Assembly: GCA_021498095.1 (NCBI GenBank) | Contig: JAIZWK010000001.1 | Location: 3,780,001 to 3,812,000, forward strand | Direction: 5' to 3' | Source: Candidatus Harpocratesius repetitus | Lineage (GTDB): Archaea > Asgardarchaeota > Lokiarchaeia > Sigyniarchaeales > Promethearchaeaceae | DNA length: 32,000 bases | Shown: one piece after another, positions 17,859 through 26,523 of the stretch | Layout: each line of letters begins with the position of its first letter | Numbering within the stretch: the stretch's first letter is position 1 | Translations under genes and position numbers: made by a program | Notes under the pieces: model-generated | What the model was told of the DNA's origin: nothing | Database searches by the model: none | Seen by the model: the letters and a program-made list of their open reading frames with translations, nothing else

Positions 17859-18425
17859 TTAAAAGAAAATTTCACTAGTGCTTTTCTCGTCTTCTTCATT
17901 TTCAGCTTCTCCATCATCATCAAAATATTCACCTTTATCTTCAGATTTTAACATTTTTTCAATAAAACAAAATAACTTCTTTCCTTTAAGAATGTTAGAT
18001 AAATTCACAATATTCATCGAATCAATATATGGATTTTTTTTTAATTCAGCAATGAAATTATCATAATGTTCATCGTTTCTAAAGGTTGAAATGCAGTGAA
18101 TTTGCTCATCATCGCCAACAGCAGCAAATAATACCTCATTATATTGATCACTGACAAATTTCGCAAAACTTTCTAAAAACATCGTATCTAATTTACCAAT
18201 AACCATCTTTTTTAAACGAATAGAAAGAAGCTTATGTATTGTTAAGCCTATCTCAGTTGGGTTAACCACAATAGTATAACGCTCTAAGATATTTGATTCG
18301 CGAAGTTTATGTAAACGATGATATATGGTAGAAGTTTTCACGTTTAAATCGCGGGCAAGATTTTTTAAAGATACGCGAGCATTTTCTTCTAAAGCAGCAA
18401 GTAGTTTAATATCAATTTTATCCAA
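17859..18425 (-). CDS. Lrp/AsnC family transcriptional regulator with acidic C-terminal tail
   Basis: MDKIDIKLLAALEENARVSLKNLARDLNVKTSTIYHRLHKL HTH followed by YTIVVNP. TTG start preceded by a GGAGG Shine-Dalgarno. Confidence 0.9.
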   Translation of the reverse strand: MDKIDIKLLAALEENARVSLKNLARDLNVKTSTIYHRLHKLRESNILERYTIVVNPTEIGLTIHKLLSIRLKKMVIGKLDTMFLESFAKFVSDQYNEVLFAAVGDDEQIHCISTFRNDEHYDNFIAELKKNPYIDSMNIVNLSNILKGKKLFCFIEKMLKSEDKGEYFDDDGEAENEEDEKSTSEIFF

Positions 18426-18464
18426 AGATTTTATTCCTCCAAAAAATATTTATTTAAAGGCATG

Positions 18465-18480
18465 TCGACAAAAATGTCGA
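18465..18480. promoter_or_regulatory. Palindrome TCGACA-AAAA-TGTCGA, candidate Lrp autoregulatory site
   Basis: Perfect 6-bp arms around an A-rich centre, 40 bp upstream of the Lrp start. Confidence 0.5.
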
Positions 18481-18753
18481 TTAGATTTTTCTGTTGCATA
18501 CTTCAATCATAGATATGTTTTGTTAGAGTTTTTTTAACAAACTATATTATAATATTCACAAAATACCTAAATAAATATTGGTTAAATAACAACAAATAAC
18601 TCTTTTTTTTAATATCATGAATAATTTCTCTTTTTTCTCAGCTGATATTTATACTGAATATTATAACCAAAAGAAATATAAAAAGTAATCAAAAAAAGAA
18701 AAAATTCCTTTCAGCAACAATAGGAAGAAATAGATTTTTTTACGCACTTTTGC

Positions 18754-20063
18754 CTACAAATTTAACTCTTTTAACTCTTTACGAATAGTTTTTACCCGAT
18801 CAGGTGTCAACGTGTTCATTTTCGCAAAAATAATCAATCCTATAATCATAAAGATCATAGGCAATACACTCATATGAATGCGAATACCCCATTTAGCCAA
18901 TGGAGTTTGTTCTACATCGGATTTATTTACAAAACCTGTTACAGCATGAACAATGGCAAAACTTAATGCTTGCATAGCATTGTAATTGTATATCCCCAAT
19001 AACTTGTTGTGAAAGACATCCCAATTAATCCAACGATTATGACAACGGCTGCCCACATCAAAGCTTTCTGATTACTGTCTAACCTAACAGCAATACGACC
19101 CCAAAGTGGAACTGATATCAGCGCTCCGATCAGCATACCAGCAAATATCATGGTCGTATCGCTTTTATCTCCCGGAAGGATATAGTCGCCAACATAGTCA
19201 ACGGAGGCGCTCATACTCATTGTACATGCCTGATACAGGAAATAAAATAAGATAAATGCAACAAAATTCTTATGCGTAAATGCTTCTTTAAGTTGGATGA
19301 AAAAAGAATCTTCTTTTTCTTCCTTTGCTTTCTTTTCAACTGCAGCAATGTATCGTTCAATCATATCGAGATCTTCTCGAACACCAGGAAGCATTAAAAA
19401 GAAGAAAATAATTCCAATAATCGTGAAAATAACCGCATTTAATTGATAAGTGCTCGCATAATCATAATCAACAATGAACGTCGGCATTAGATTTCCAAGT
19501 GCAATTCCAATAACCCCAATAACTGTGGCAATCACGGCTGCATTGGCTCGAACTTTCTCTTTTCGGAACTTATCGGGGAATAGTGATTGATAATTTAATT
19601 CCCAGATGGAAAAGAAGAAATCATGAAGGCAAATTACCGATACCAACCATAGAAAAAGCCATCCTTGATTTGAACCTGGAGATTCAATAAATGGTTTCGG
19701 AACAATAAAGATAGGCAGTAAAGTAAATACCCAAATACCACCACCAAGAACGATCCATGGAAAGCGTCTTCCATATTTATAAGCAAATCGGGTCGGACGA
19801 ATGGTGAAGTAACCAATAATTGGGTCGTTAATAGCGTTCCAAATAGAATAAATGATTATTGCTAATCCGGTTAACCAACCATTTAATCCTAAGTTTGTCT
19901 CGTAGTATTTGTATATTAAAACGCTAAAAGCCGCCGAATAAAATTCAACCAAAAATTTGCCCGTTCCGTATGAGGTCATAGTTAAAAAAGAATGTTTTTG
20001 AGGTTCTGATGAATTCATATCCGCGTTGTTCTTTATTTCAGTCATAATTACTGTGTTCTCCAT
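18754..20063 (-). pseudogene. GPH/MelB-like MFS sugar-cation symporter disrupted by internal deletion and frameshift
   Basis: TM1-TM9 in ORF 18963-20063 (NAINDPIIG, GRRFPW, FPDKFR). TM11-12 (QALSFAIVHAVTGF...WGIRIHM) are in another frame. The junction at ~18976 lacks the second half of TM10 and the cytoplasmic loop. Confidence 0.8.
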
Positions 20064-20080
20064 TAAAAGAATATTTCAAA

Positions 20081-20120
20081 TTATTAATCAATTATAATCA
20101 ATTATAATCAATTTTCAACC
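20081..20120. repeat. Short 10-bp tandem repeat (ATTATAATCA) in the divergent MFS/ABC promoter region
   Basis: ttattaatca attataatca attataatca attttcaacc. Confidence 0.6.
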
Positions 20121-20265
20121 ACAGAACTTAAAAAATCATCTAAAAAATCATCTTTGAAAAATCTTTATTTGAAAAAGGGAGAAATAATTTTTCATTTGAA
20201 AGCGGAATTGGATTTCTTTTCAATCGCAACTATTATTTAATAATAATAATTTGGATCGTTAACCG

Positions 20266-22029
20266 ATGACCGAACATTTATTACTAAAAAAATTTATTTC
20301 ATATTATCGCCCGCACCTTAAACTCTTTATACTTGATATGGTGTGTGCGTTTTTAATTGCTGCTTTAGATTTGGTATTTCCTCTTATTAGTGAAAGATTT
20401 TTAAAGGATTTCATTGTCAACTCCAATTTACGAATGATTTGGACCTTTGGTGGAATATTATTAGGATTATATTTAATTCGAACAGTTGCATTTTACATTA
20501 TGGCATATTGGGGCCATTTAGTAGGAGTTAACATGGAATTTGATATGCGTGCTGATTTATTTCGACACATTCAGAAATTAGACTCCGAATATTTTGATAA
20601 CACCAAAACTGGTCAAATCATGGCTCGACTTACAAATGATCTTCGCGATATCACTGAGCTGGCACATCATGGACCCGAGGATTTGTTTATCTCCATAATT
20701 GAGATAATTGGAACTTTTATTCTACTACTATTAAGAAGTTGGCTTCTTACGCTTATTCTTTTTGTATTTGTGGCAATTTTAATCTGGTTTACAGTTGGAA
20801 TGCGTACAACTATGTTGAAAGCGTTTAGAAATACGCGCCAAGAGCATGCTGAAATTAATTCTGTGCTCGAAAATTCAATTTCTGGCATCCGTTTATGCAA
20901 AAGTTTTGCAGCTGAACCTTATGAATTTGAAAAATTTGAGCATAATAACATTCGATATCGAAAATCTTACTATAAAGCATATCGAGTTATGGCAAATTAT
21001 GCTTCAGGAAGTAATTTTCTTACAGATATTTTAAGTTTGATTGCGTTAGTGGTTGGAGCAGTTTTTGTAGTCAAGGGAATTCAAGGATTAAGTAAGGAAC
21101 AATTGGTAACTTATCTTTTATTTACTAGCATTTTTGTGGCTCCAATTCGACGATTAGTTCAATTCACACAAATATTTCAATCAGGATTTGCCGGATTTAT
21201 ACGTTTTGGCGAAATTATGGATATTAAACCCAAAATAATCGATAGTCCTGAGGCTAAACCACTAGACAACATTCAAGGAAATATTGAATTTCGTAATGTA
21301 ACCTTCAAGTATAAGGATCAAACAAAACCGGTTCTTCATAACTTTAATTTATTTATTGAACAAGGAAAGACTGTAGCATTGGTTGGGCCCTCAGGAGTAG
21401 GAAAGACCACAATCACCCATTTAATTCCGAGATTCTATGAAGTAGATGAAGGTCAAATTTTACTTGATGGAAAAAATATCAAATCCATCGCAATTGACTC
21501 CCTGCGTAGCAATATTGGTTTTGTTCAACAAGATGTTATCGTTTTCTATGGAACAATCCGAGATAATATCATTTATGGAAAACCAGATGCAAGTGAAGAA
21601 GAAATAATTCAAGCAGCAAAACTTGCAAACATCCATGATTTTATCATGTCTTTACCTGATGGATACGATTCAATGGTTGGAGAGCGAGGTGTAAAACTTT
21701 CAGGCGGGCAAAAACAAAGATTAGCCATTGCTCGAGTATTTCTCAGAAATCCGCCTATACTTATTTTGGATGAAGCCACTTCTTCACTTGATACTGTTAC
21801 TGAATTGTTAATTCAAGATGCAATTATAAAACTGGCAAAAGGTCGAACCACAATAATAGTAGCACACCGATTGAGTACTATTAAAAACGCCGATGAGATT
21901 TTGGTGCTTACTGATGAAGGTATTGCCGAACGTGGGAACCATGATGAACTACTTGCACGAAACGGTCTTTATACCAATCTTTATAATGCTCAATTTGAAG
22001 GTTACCTACCTGATTTCATCGAAAAATAA
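20266..22029 (+). CDS. ABC exporter, fused permease/ATPase (MsbA/MdlB-like)
   Basis: N-terminal transmembrane domain; Walker A GPSGVGKTT, signature LSGGQKQ, Walker B ILILDE, H-loop VAHRLST. Confidence 0.95.
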   Translation: MTEHLLLKKFISYYRPHLKLFILDMVCAFLIAALDLVFPLISERFLKDFIVNSNLRMIWTFGGILLGLYLIRTVAFYIMAYWGHLVGVNMEFDMRADLFRHIQKLDSEYFDNTKTGQIMARLTNDLRDITELAHHGPEDLFISIIEIIGTFILLLLRSWLLTLILFVFVAILIWFTVGMRTTMLKAFRNTRQEHAEINSVLENSISGIRLCKSFAAEPYEFEKFEHNNIRYRKSYYKAYRVMANYASGSNFLTDILSLIALVVGAVFVVKGIQGLSKEQLVTYLLFTSIFVAPIRRLVQFTQIFQSGFAGFIRFGEIMDIKPKIIDSPEAKPLDNIQGNIEFRNVTFKYKDQTKPVLHNFNLFIEQGKTVALVGPSGVGKTTITHLIPRFYEVDEGQILLDGKNIKSIAIDSLRSNIGFVQQDVIVFYGTIRDNIIYGKPDASEEEIIQAAKLANIHDFIMSLPDGYDSMVGERGVKLSGGQKQRLAIARVFLRNPPILILDEATSSLDTVTELLIQDAIIKLAKGRTTIIVAHRLSTIKNADEILVLTDEGIAERGNHDELLARNGLYTNLYNAQFEGYLPDFIEK

Positions 22030-22040
22030 CCTTTTTGTTT

Positions 22041-22190
22041 TTTTCCAATTTTTTCCAAGTTTTTCTACCTTTTTCCAACATTTTCTAACTTTTTCCAATA
22101 TTTTCTAACTTTTTCCAATATTTTCTAACTTTTTCCAATATTTTCTAACTTTTTCCAATATTTCCATCTTTATCTAACTATTTTCAACTA
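22041..22190. repeat. 10-bp-period tandem repeat with 20-bp higher-order unit
   Basis: Twelve 10-mers of TTTTC(C/T)A-NNN from 22041 to 22160, including four exact copies of TTTTCTAACTTTTTCCAATA (22081-22160), plus degenerate copies to ~22190. Confidence 0.93.
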
Positions 22191-22219
22191 CTTATTCAAA
22201 ATTTTAAAAGATTAGTAAT

Positions 22220-22249
22220 AAAAAAAGAAGAACTCCTAATGCAAAGGAG
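22220..22249 (-). terminator. Hairpin plus U-tract after selD SECIS
   Basis: CUCCU-UUGCAUU-AGGAG followed by UUCUUCUUUUUUU on the minus strand. Confidence 0.5.
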
Positions 22250-22293
22250 GCTCGGGAGAAAACTCAAAGTTTACTTCTCTCCGTCGTAGCATT
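22238..22293 (-). promoter_or_regulatory. Eukaryote-like SECIS element in selD 3'UTR
   Basis: AAUGC/GCAUU helix I; A-CGAC...CGAG tandem G.A core; 8-bp helix II GGAGAGAA/UUUUCUCC; apical AAA 11 nt from the core. Lies 31 nt after the selD stop. Confidence 0.85.
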
Positions 22294-22324
22294 GAATTAC
22301 AAGATAATTTATTCCATTAAGATC

Positions 22325-23386
22325 TTAATATTCTTCAATTTCATGGTAGGTGATCTTATCATCAAATTTAACACCCTGTAGATCTTTTTCAATCTGTCCT
22401 ATCTCTATCCACCAAACACCAAAAGAATCCAACATGGAAGTGAAATCACTCCAAATGCTTGGATCAACTGCAATTAACATGGGACCTGCAATTTCCGCAG
22501 ATTCCCCTTCAGATAACCCATAACAAAAGAGATCATCCAACTCTAATGCATAAGCAATTGCAGGTAAATGAGTAATGCGTGCCCCCAAGTCGGTATTCAG
22601 AAGCATTTCTTCAAGATGACCTTTAAAACCGAAACCTGTAATATCCGTCATGGCATGAATATGAGAGAAAAACTTGCCAGCGTGAATTACATCAGGAATG
22701 GGTTTATTGCTAGTCGTCATGATTTTTGTAGCTATAGAAACGGCGCGTTCAATTCGTGTCAAATCAAAATTCTTCAACCATGCAATATCTGAATTTTTAG
22801 CACGATCCGCAGCCATTACGGGATGAATTCCCAAGGGTTTGGTTAATAAAAGCCGATCACTCGCTTTAATTCCACGTTTAAAGATTAAATGTGCAGTTTT
22901 TTCGATAGCACTTACACTTCCACCTAATAATGGCCATGGATTTTGAATAGTATGACCGCCTGAAATGTCAGCACCTAATGATTTAAGCAGATCTCGTGTT
23001 CCTTTGAGCATCTCCTCGGCATAACCTTTGGGAAGATCGGTGGGTAGTCCTAAGAAACAACTGTAGTTTAAGATACGGCGCGCATTTAGAGCATATATAT
23101 CATTTGTTACATTAACAGCTGCAATTTTTCCCATGATATATGGATCATCATGAATTGGAGTTACAATATCCAGATTGGTTAATAGACTATCTGTCTCAGA
23201 AATTGCAGTAATTGCGCAATCTTCTGCATCCGAATTAAGTCCGACTTGATTGAGTAGATTATTGAGATCAAGGGCAGGAAGTTTACAGGATCATCCATGA
23301 AGTTGAGTTTTTTCAGTTAATCTGAAGACAGAGTTTTTTGAAAGAATATTAAAATCGGACTGTCGTTCAAAATTTATTCGATTCAC
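22325..23386 (-). CDS. selD: Selenide,water dikinase (selenophosphate synthetase), selenoprotein with Sec at UGA 23291-23293
   Basis: The frame upstream of the track start continues FRLTEKTQLHG-UGA-SCKLPALDLNNLL...EDCAI...LDIVTPIHDDPY into MGKIAAVN. Downstream motifs GGHT, LLLTKPLG, DITGFG. About 353 aa from GTG 23386. Confidence 0.95.
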
Positions 23387-23472
23387 CTCCACTCCGTGAG
23401 TGCATGATTATAAGAAGAAATCAACCAAAAAAAACTGTGGTATTATTTAAAATTAATAAATTTAACTTCAAT

Positions 23473-26364
23473 TTACAAGATAATTTCCATTTCTTTTTGC
23501 ACGCTCGATAATTTTCCAAATGGGTTTTGGTAATTAATATTTAATAGCCAACGTTTTAATTCATAGCGCTTTTCCCTTTCTTTTTCAATTTTAAATACCC
23601 ATCTTAAAATTCGAGAGGTTTCTGGTTCAAATTCATGAATTATCAATTCAAGTGGATCACTTTGATTTGTTTGCAGTTTTAAAAAAGAAGGATGAATAAA
23701 GATTAGACTTAAATCATTCAAAAAGAATTTTGTTGGATTATGAAGACGGAGATCAAAAATAATTTTACTTCCAATAATTTCAACTTTTCTATGCAATTGT
23801 ATGAAATTTTCACCTAATGGTTTGTTGGGTTGAACCAATGCGTTATTTCGAATTTCTGCAAGAAGTTTGTGTTTCTTTAATAAATTAAATATAGAAGTCT
23901 TCAATTCTTCAATAGGAATTGAATATACTCGAGATAGTTGATATAAAGAAAGAGGATTCATATAACTTAAATATTCATTAATTTCAGCGCTGAAGATTTC
24001 TTCTTCAATAGCATCTTGAAATTTATCTAATAAGTCTTTTAATTCAATTTTTACATTATTCCAATGAAGCACATAATTTTGCAATTCTTCAGGATTTATT
24101 TGAGATAAGTCAATAGAATCAATTTTTTGATATATATTATCAATTTCTTTATTATACTCTTCAATTGTGTTAGAAATATTATCTATTGTCATTTTAACCA
24201 TATTACGCGCTTCAGCAAACCGACGTTTTTTAATTTCAAGAAATATGGGTTTTGTTAATTTATCAAAGCTTTCTTTAATCTCACGCAAATTTTGAATAGC
24301 TTGTAAAACAATACGTTGAAGATTACTATTTAGAAAATCAAATGTTATTTTCTTTTTCAAAATATTTTGATTATCATCCTTTATTTCGAGAGTTCTTTCT
24401 AAATCTTTGAAACGATAAATTACTGAAGAAAGATATTGTTGAACTTCAATCTTAACATCAACCCATAATAAGGTAACTTCTTTCAAAGCCTCTTTAAATT
24501 CCATATTTTGCATCCACAATTGCCCAATTTCAAATTCCAGGGTATAAAGTTCTTTCCGCACAAAAGAAATTTTTTCTAATAACTTTTCAGAAAGGGTAGA
24601 TTCAGATAAATTTTGATTTTCATGAAGTTGATTCTCAAGATCTTCGATTTCTTTGTAATTTTCATTCATTTGGTGAATTCTATTTGTTAATTTTTGAATT
24701 TCTTGCTTTAATTCATCTAAATATTTTTCACGTCCTTCTGAAAGTCTATTAATCATGATATATTTTACATCTGAAATATTCTCAAGAACTTCATCCTTTA
24801 TTTCTTTGAAATCTTGTACAATCTCCATAGAAAAACGTTTAAATTCGGAGTTATTTAAAAACGTCTCCATTTCATTTAGTTTTTCGACAATTCGATTACT
24901 CTCTTCTTCCATAAATACTTCTGCTTTTTGAAATTGATTTTCTTCTATCATTCTCTCAGATTCTTCACGCATATTTTGTATATAGGTCTGAAAATCTTCA
25001 AGTCCTTGATAAAATTCTTTTCGTTGTATTTCAATTTCTTTAATGTCTTCATCGATATTTTCAAATAAATTATGAATTTTTTCTAATGAAATATCAATCT
25101 CATCAAGCACATCGAGATCTTTCTCATCTTTTCGATAGTTTTGAAGATTTATAAAAGTCCATACTGCAACAGATTGTATATTCAGAATATAAGTCAAATC
25201 ACCTAAAAGTCTTATAGTTTGCCTTCTTTGGCGCCAATCATCCGGATTTAATCCTAAATACATACGTGCTAATTCTTCTTCAAATACATCTGATTTTTCC
25301 ATATAAATTTTAATCAAACAATCACTAATAAAATCTCTAAACTTTGAGCCTGAATCAATTAATTGCTGAATTAACTGAGGTAACATCTGATGCATGTTTT
25401 GCACAACAATGAATATTGTAGATTCAGTTATTCCTTCTAAAATATCTCTTGATACATCATTTTCTTCAAGATACTGTCTGAAAAATTGAAGTAATCCAGG
25501 ACCCTTTGATTTCCCCACTTTAACAAATGCATCAATGGTTTTTGTCTGAACCATCATAATAGAATCAGAAAACATATCAATCAAACGGTGGAAGATTATT
25601 GTAAAATCAGTGAAAAATAAATCGCCTATTTCTCCGACTATCCAAATTCCTTTTTCGCGTATTTCCCAATCTGAATCATTTAAGATAGATAATAAGATAT
25701 CAACCATTTCTGGACCAGATAAGTGGTAGCCTAATGCTTTTACTGCTTCTGTAGTTAAACCTCTGATTTCTTCATCAGGATCTCGAATTAATTTAGAAAA
25801 ACTTGCTTGAAATATTTCGAGTAGTCTTTTTGGAGGATGAGAACTAGGAACCAAAAATTCCAGCATACCTTCTATAGCTTTTGCTCTAACCCTCCAAGAT
25901 TTATCCTCAAACATCTTTGAATAAGTTATGTAAAGATCAGGATAATGATCAAATGATTTCTTAAGTACTTCAGCAAGTAGTTTAACTGCTGATTCTCGAA
26001 CCTTTTTATCTGTATCGAATAGTTTTGATTCACACATTTCAATAATTGGATCAAATTTCGCAATATCAGCAATTCTAAAGATTTTTCTAAGAATAAGAAG
26101 TGTTTCTTGACGAACCCAATATTCTTTATTATTCAACAACTCTGGAATATATTTCATAGTCAATTCTATGGTTAATGGAGTTTTATCACAAAGAGCATCA
26201 TAAACTTCCAAACAATAAGCAAGGTGGTCTTCATCTTCTGATTGTAAGGTATTAACCAGAAAAGAATTGGTTCTTTCTATCGCAATTTCATACTGGCGAT
26301 TCTTAATTGCTTGCTGAATAAATTCAATGAGATTGTTCGCATTATTCAAAATTTCGGGGTTCAT
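23473..26364 (-). CDS. Large HEAT-repeat protein with helical middle region, PCI-like winged helix and C-terminal Ig-like/appendage domain
   Basis: About 9 HEAT repeats (LLNNKEYWVRQET, LFDTDKKVRESA, MFEDKSWRVRAKA, LIRDPDEEIRGL, ILNDSDWEIREKG, LNPDDWRQRRQT), an E/K/Q-rich helical region, and a beta-rich last ~115 aa. Confidence 0.85.
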   Translation of the reverse strand: MNPEILNNANNLIEFIQQAIKNRQYEIAIERTNSFLVNTLQSEDEDHLAYCLEVYDALCDKTPLTIELTMKYIPELLNNKEYWVRQETLLILRKIFRIADIAKFDPIIEMCESKLFDTDKKVRESAVKLLAEVLKKSFDHYPDLYITYSKMFEDKSWRVRAKAIEGMLEFLVPSSHPPKRLLEIFQASFSKLIRDPDEEIRGLTTEAVKALGYHLSGPEMVDILLSILNDSDWEIREKGIWIVGEIGDLFFTDFTIIFHRLIDMFSDSIMMVQTKTIDAFVKVGKSKGPGLLQFFRQYLEENDVSRDILEGITESTIFIVVQNMHQMLPQLIQQLIDSGSKFRDFISDCLIKIYMEKSDVFEEELARMYLGLNPDDWRQRRQTIRLLGDLTYILNIQSVAVWTFINLQNYRKDEKDLDVLDEIDISLEKIHNLFENIDEDIKEIEIQRKEFYQGLEDFQTYIQNMREESERMIEENQFQKAEVFMEEESNRIVEKLNEMETFLNNSEFKRFSMEIVQDFKEIKDEVLENISDVKYIMINRLSEGREKYLDELKQEIQKLTNRIHQMNENYKEIEDLENQLHENQNLSESTLSEKLLEKISFVRKELYTLEFEIGQLWMQNMEFKEALKEVTLLWVDVKIEVQQYLSSVIYRFKDLERTLEIKDDNQNILKKKITFDFLNSNLQRIVLQAIQNLREIKESFDKLTKPIFLEIKKRRFAEARNMVKMTIDNISNTIEEYNKEIDNIYQKIDSIDLSQINPEELQNYVLHWNNVKIELKDLLDKFQDAIEEEIFSAEINEYLSYMNPLSLYQLSRVYSIPIEELKTSIFNLLKKHKLLAEIRNNALVQPNKPLGENFIQLHRKVEIIGSKIIFDLRLHNPTKFFLNDLSLIFIHPSFLKLQTNQSDPLELIIHEFEPETSRILRWVFKIEKEREKRYELKRWLLNINYQNPFGKLSSVQKEMEIIL

Positions 26365-26523
26365 CTTGGTACTCCAATCAAGAGTTTCCTTTGTATTATC
26401 CTACAATTCACATATAAAGATGCTTTCTTATATTTTTTTATTTTTCTACTAAAAGATTTGGAAATTCTCCTTTAGATCATAAACGCGAAAAACTCATAAA
26501 TTATGGGTTATTTTGAATTATTG

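Noticed and set aside
22041-22190. CRISPR array interpretation of the repeat
   Set aside because: Units are contiguous 10/20-mers with no unique spacers, and no cas genes are nearby.
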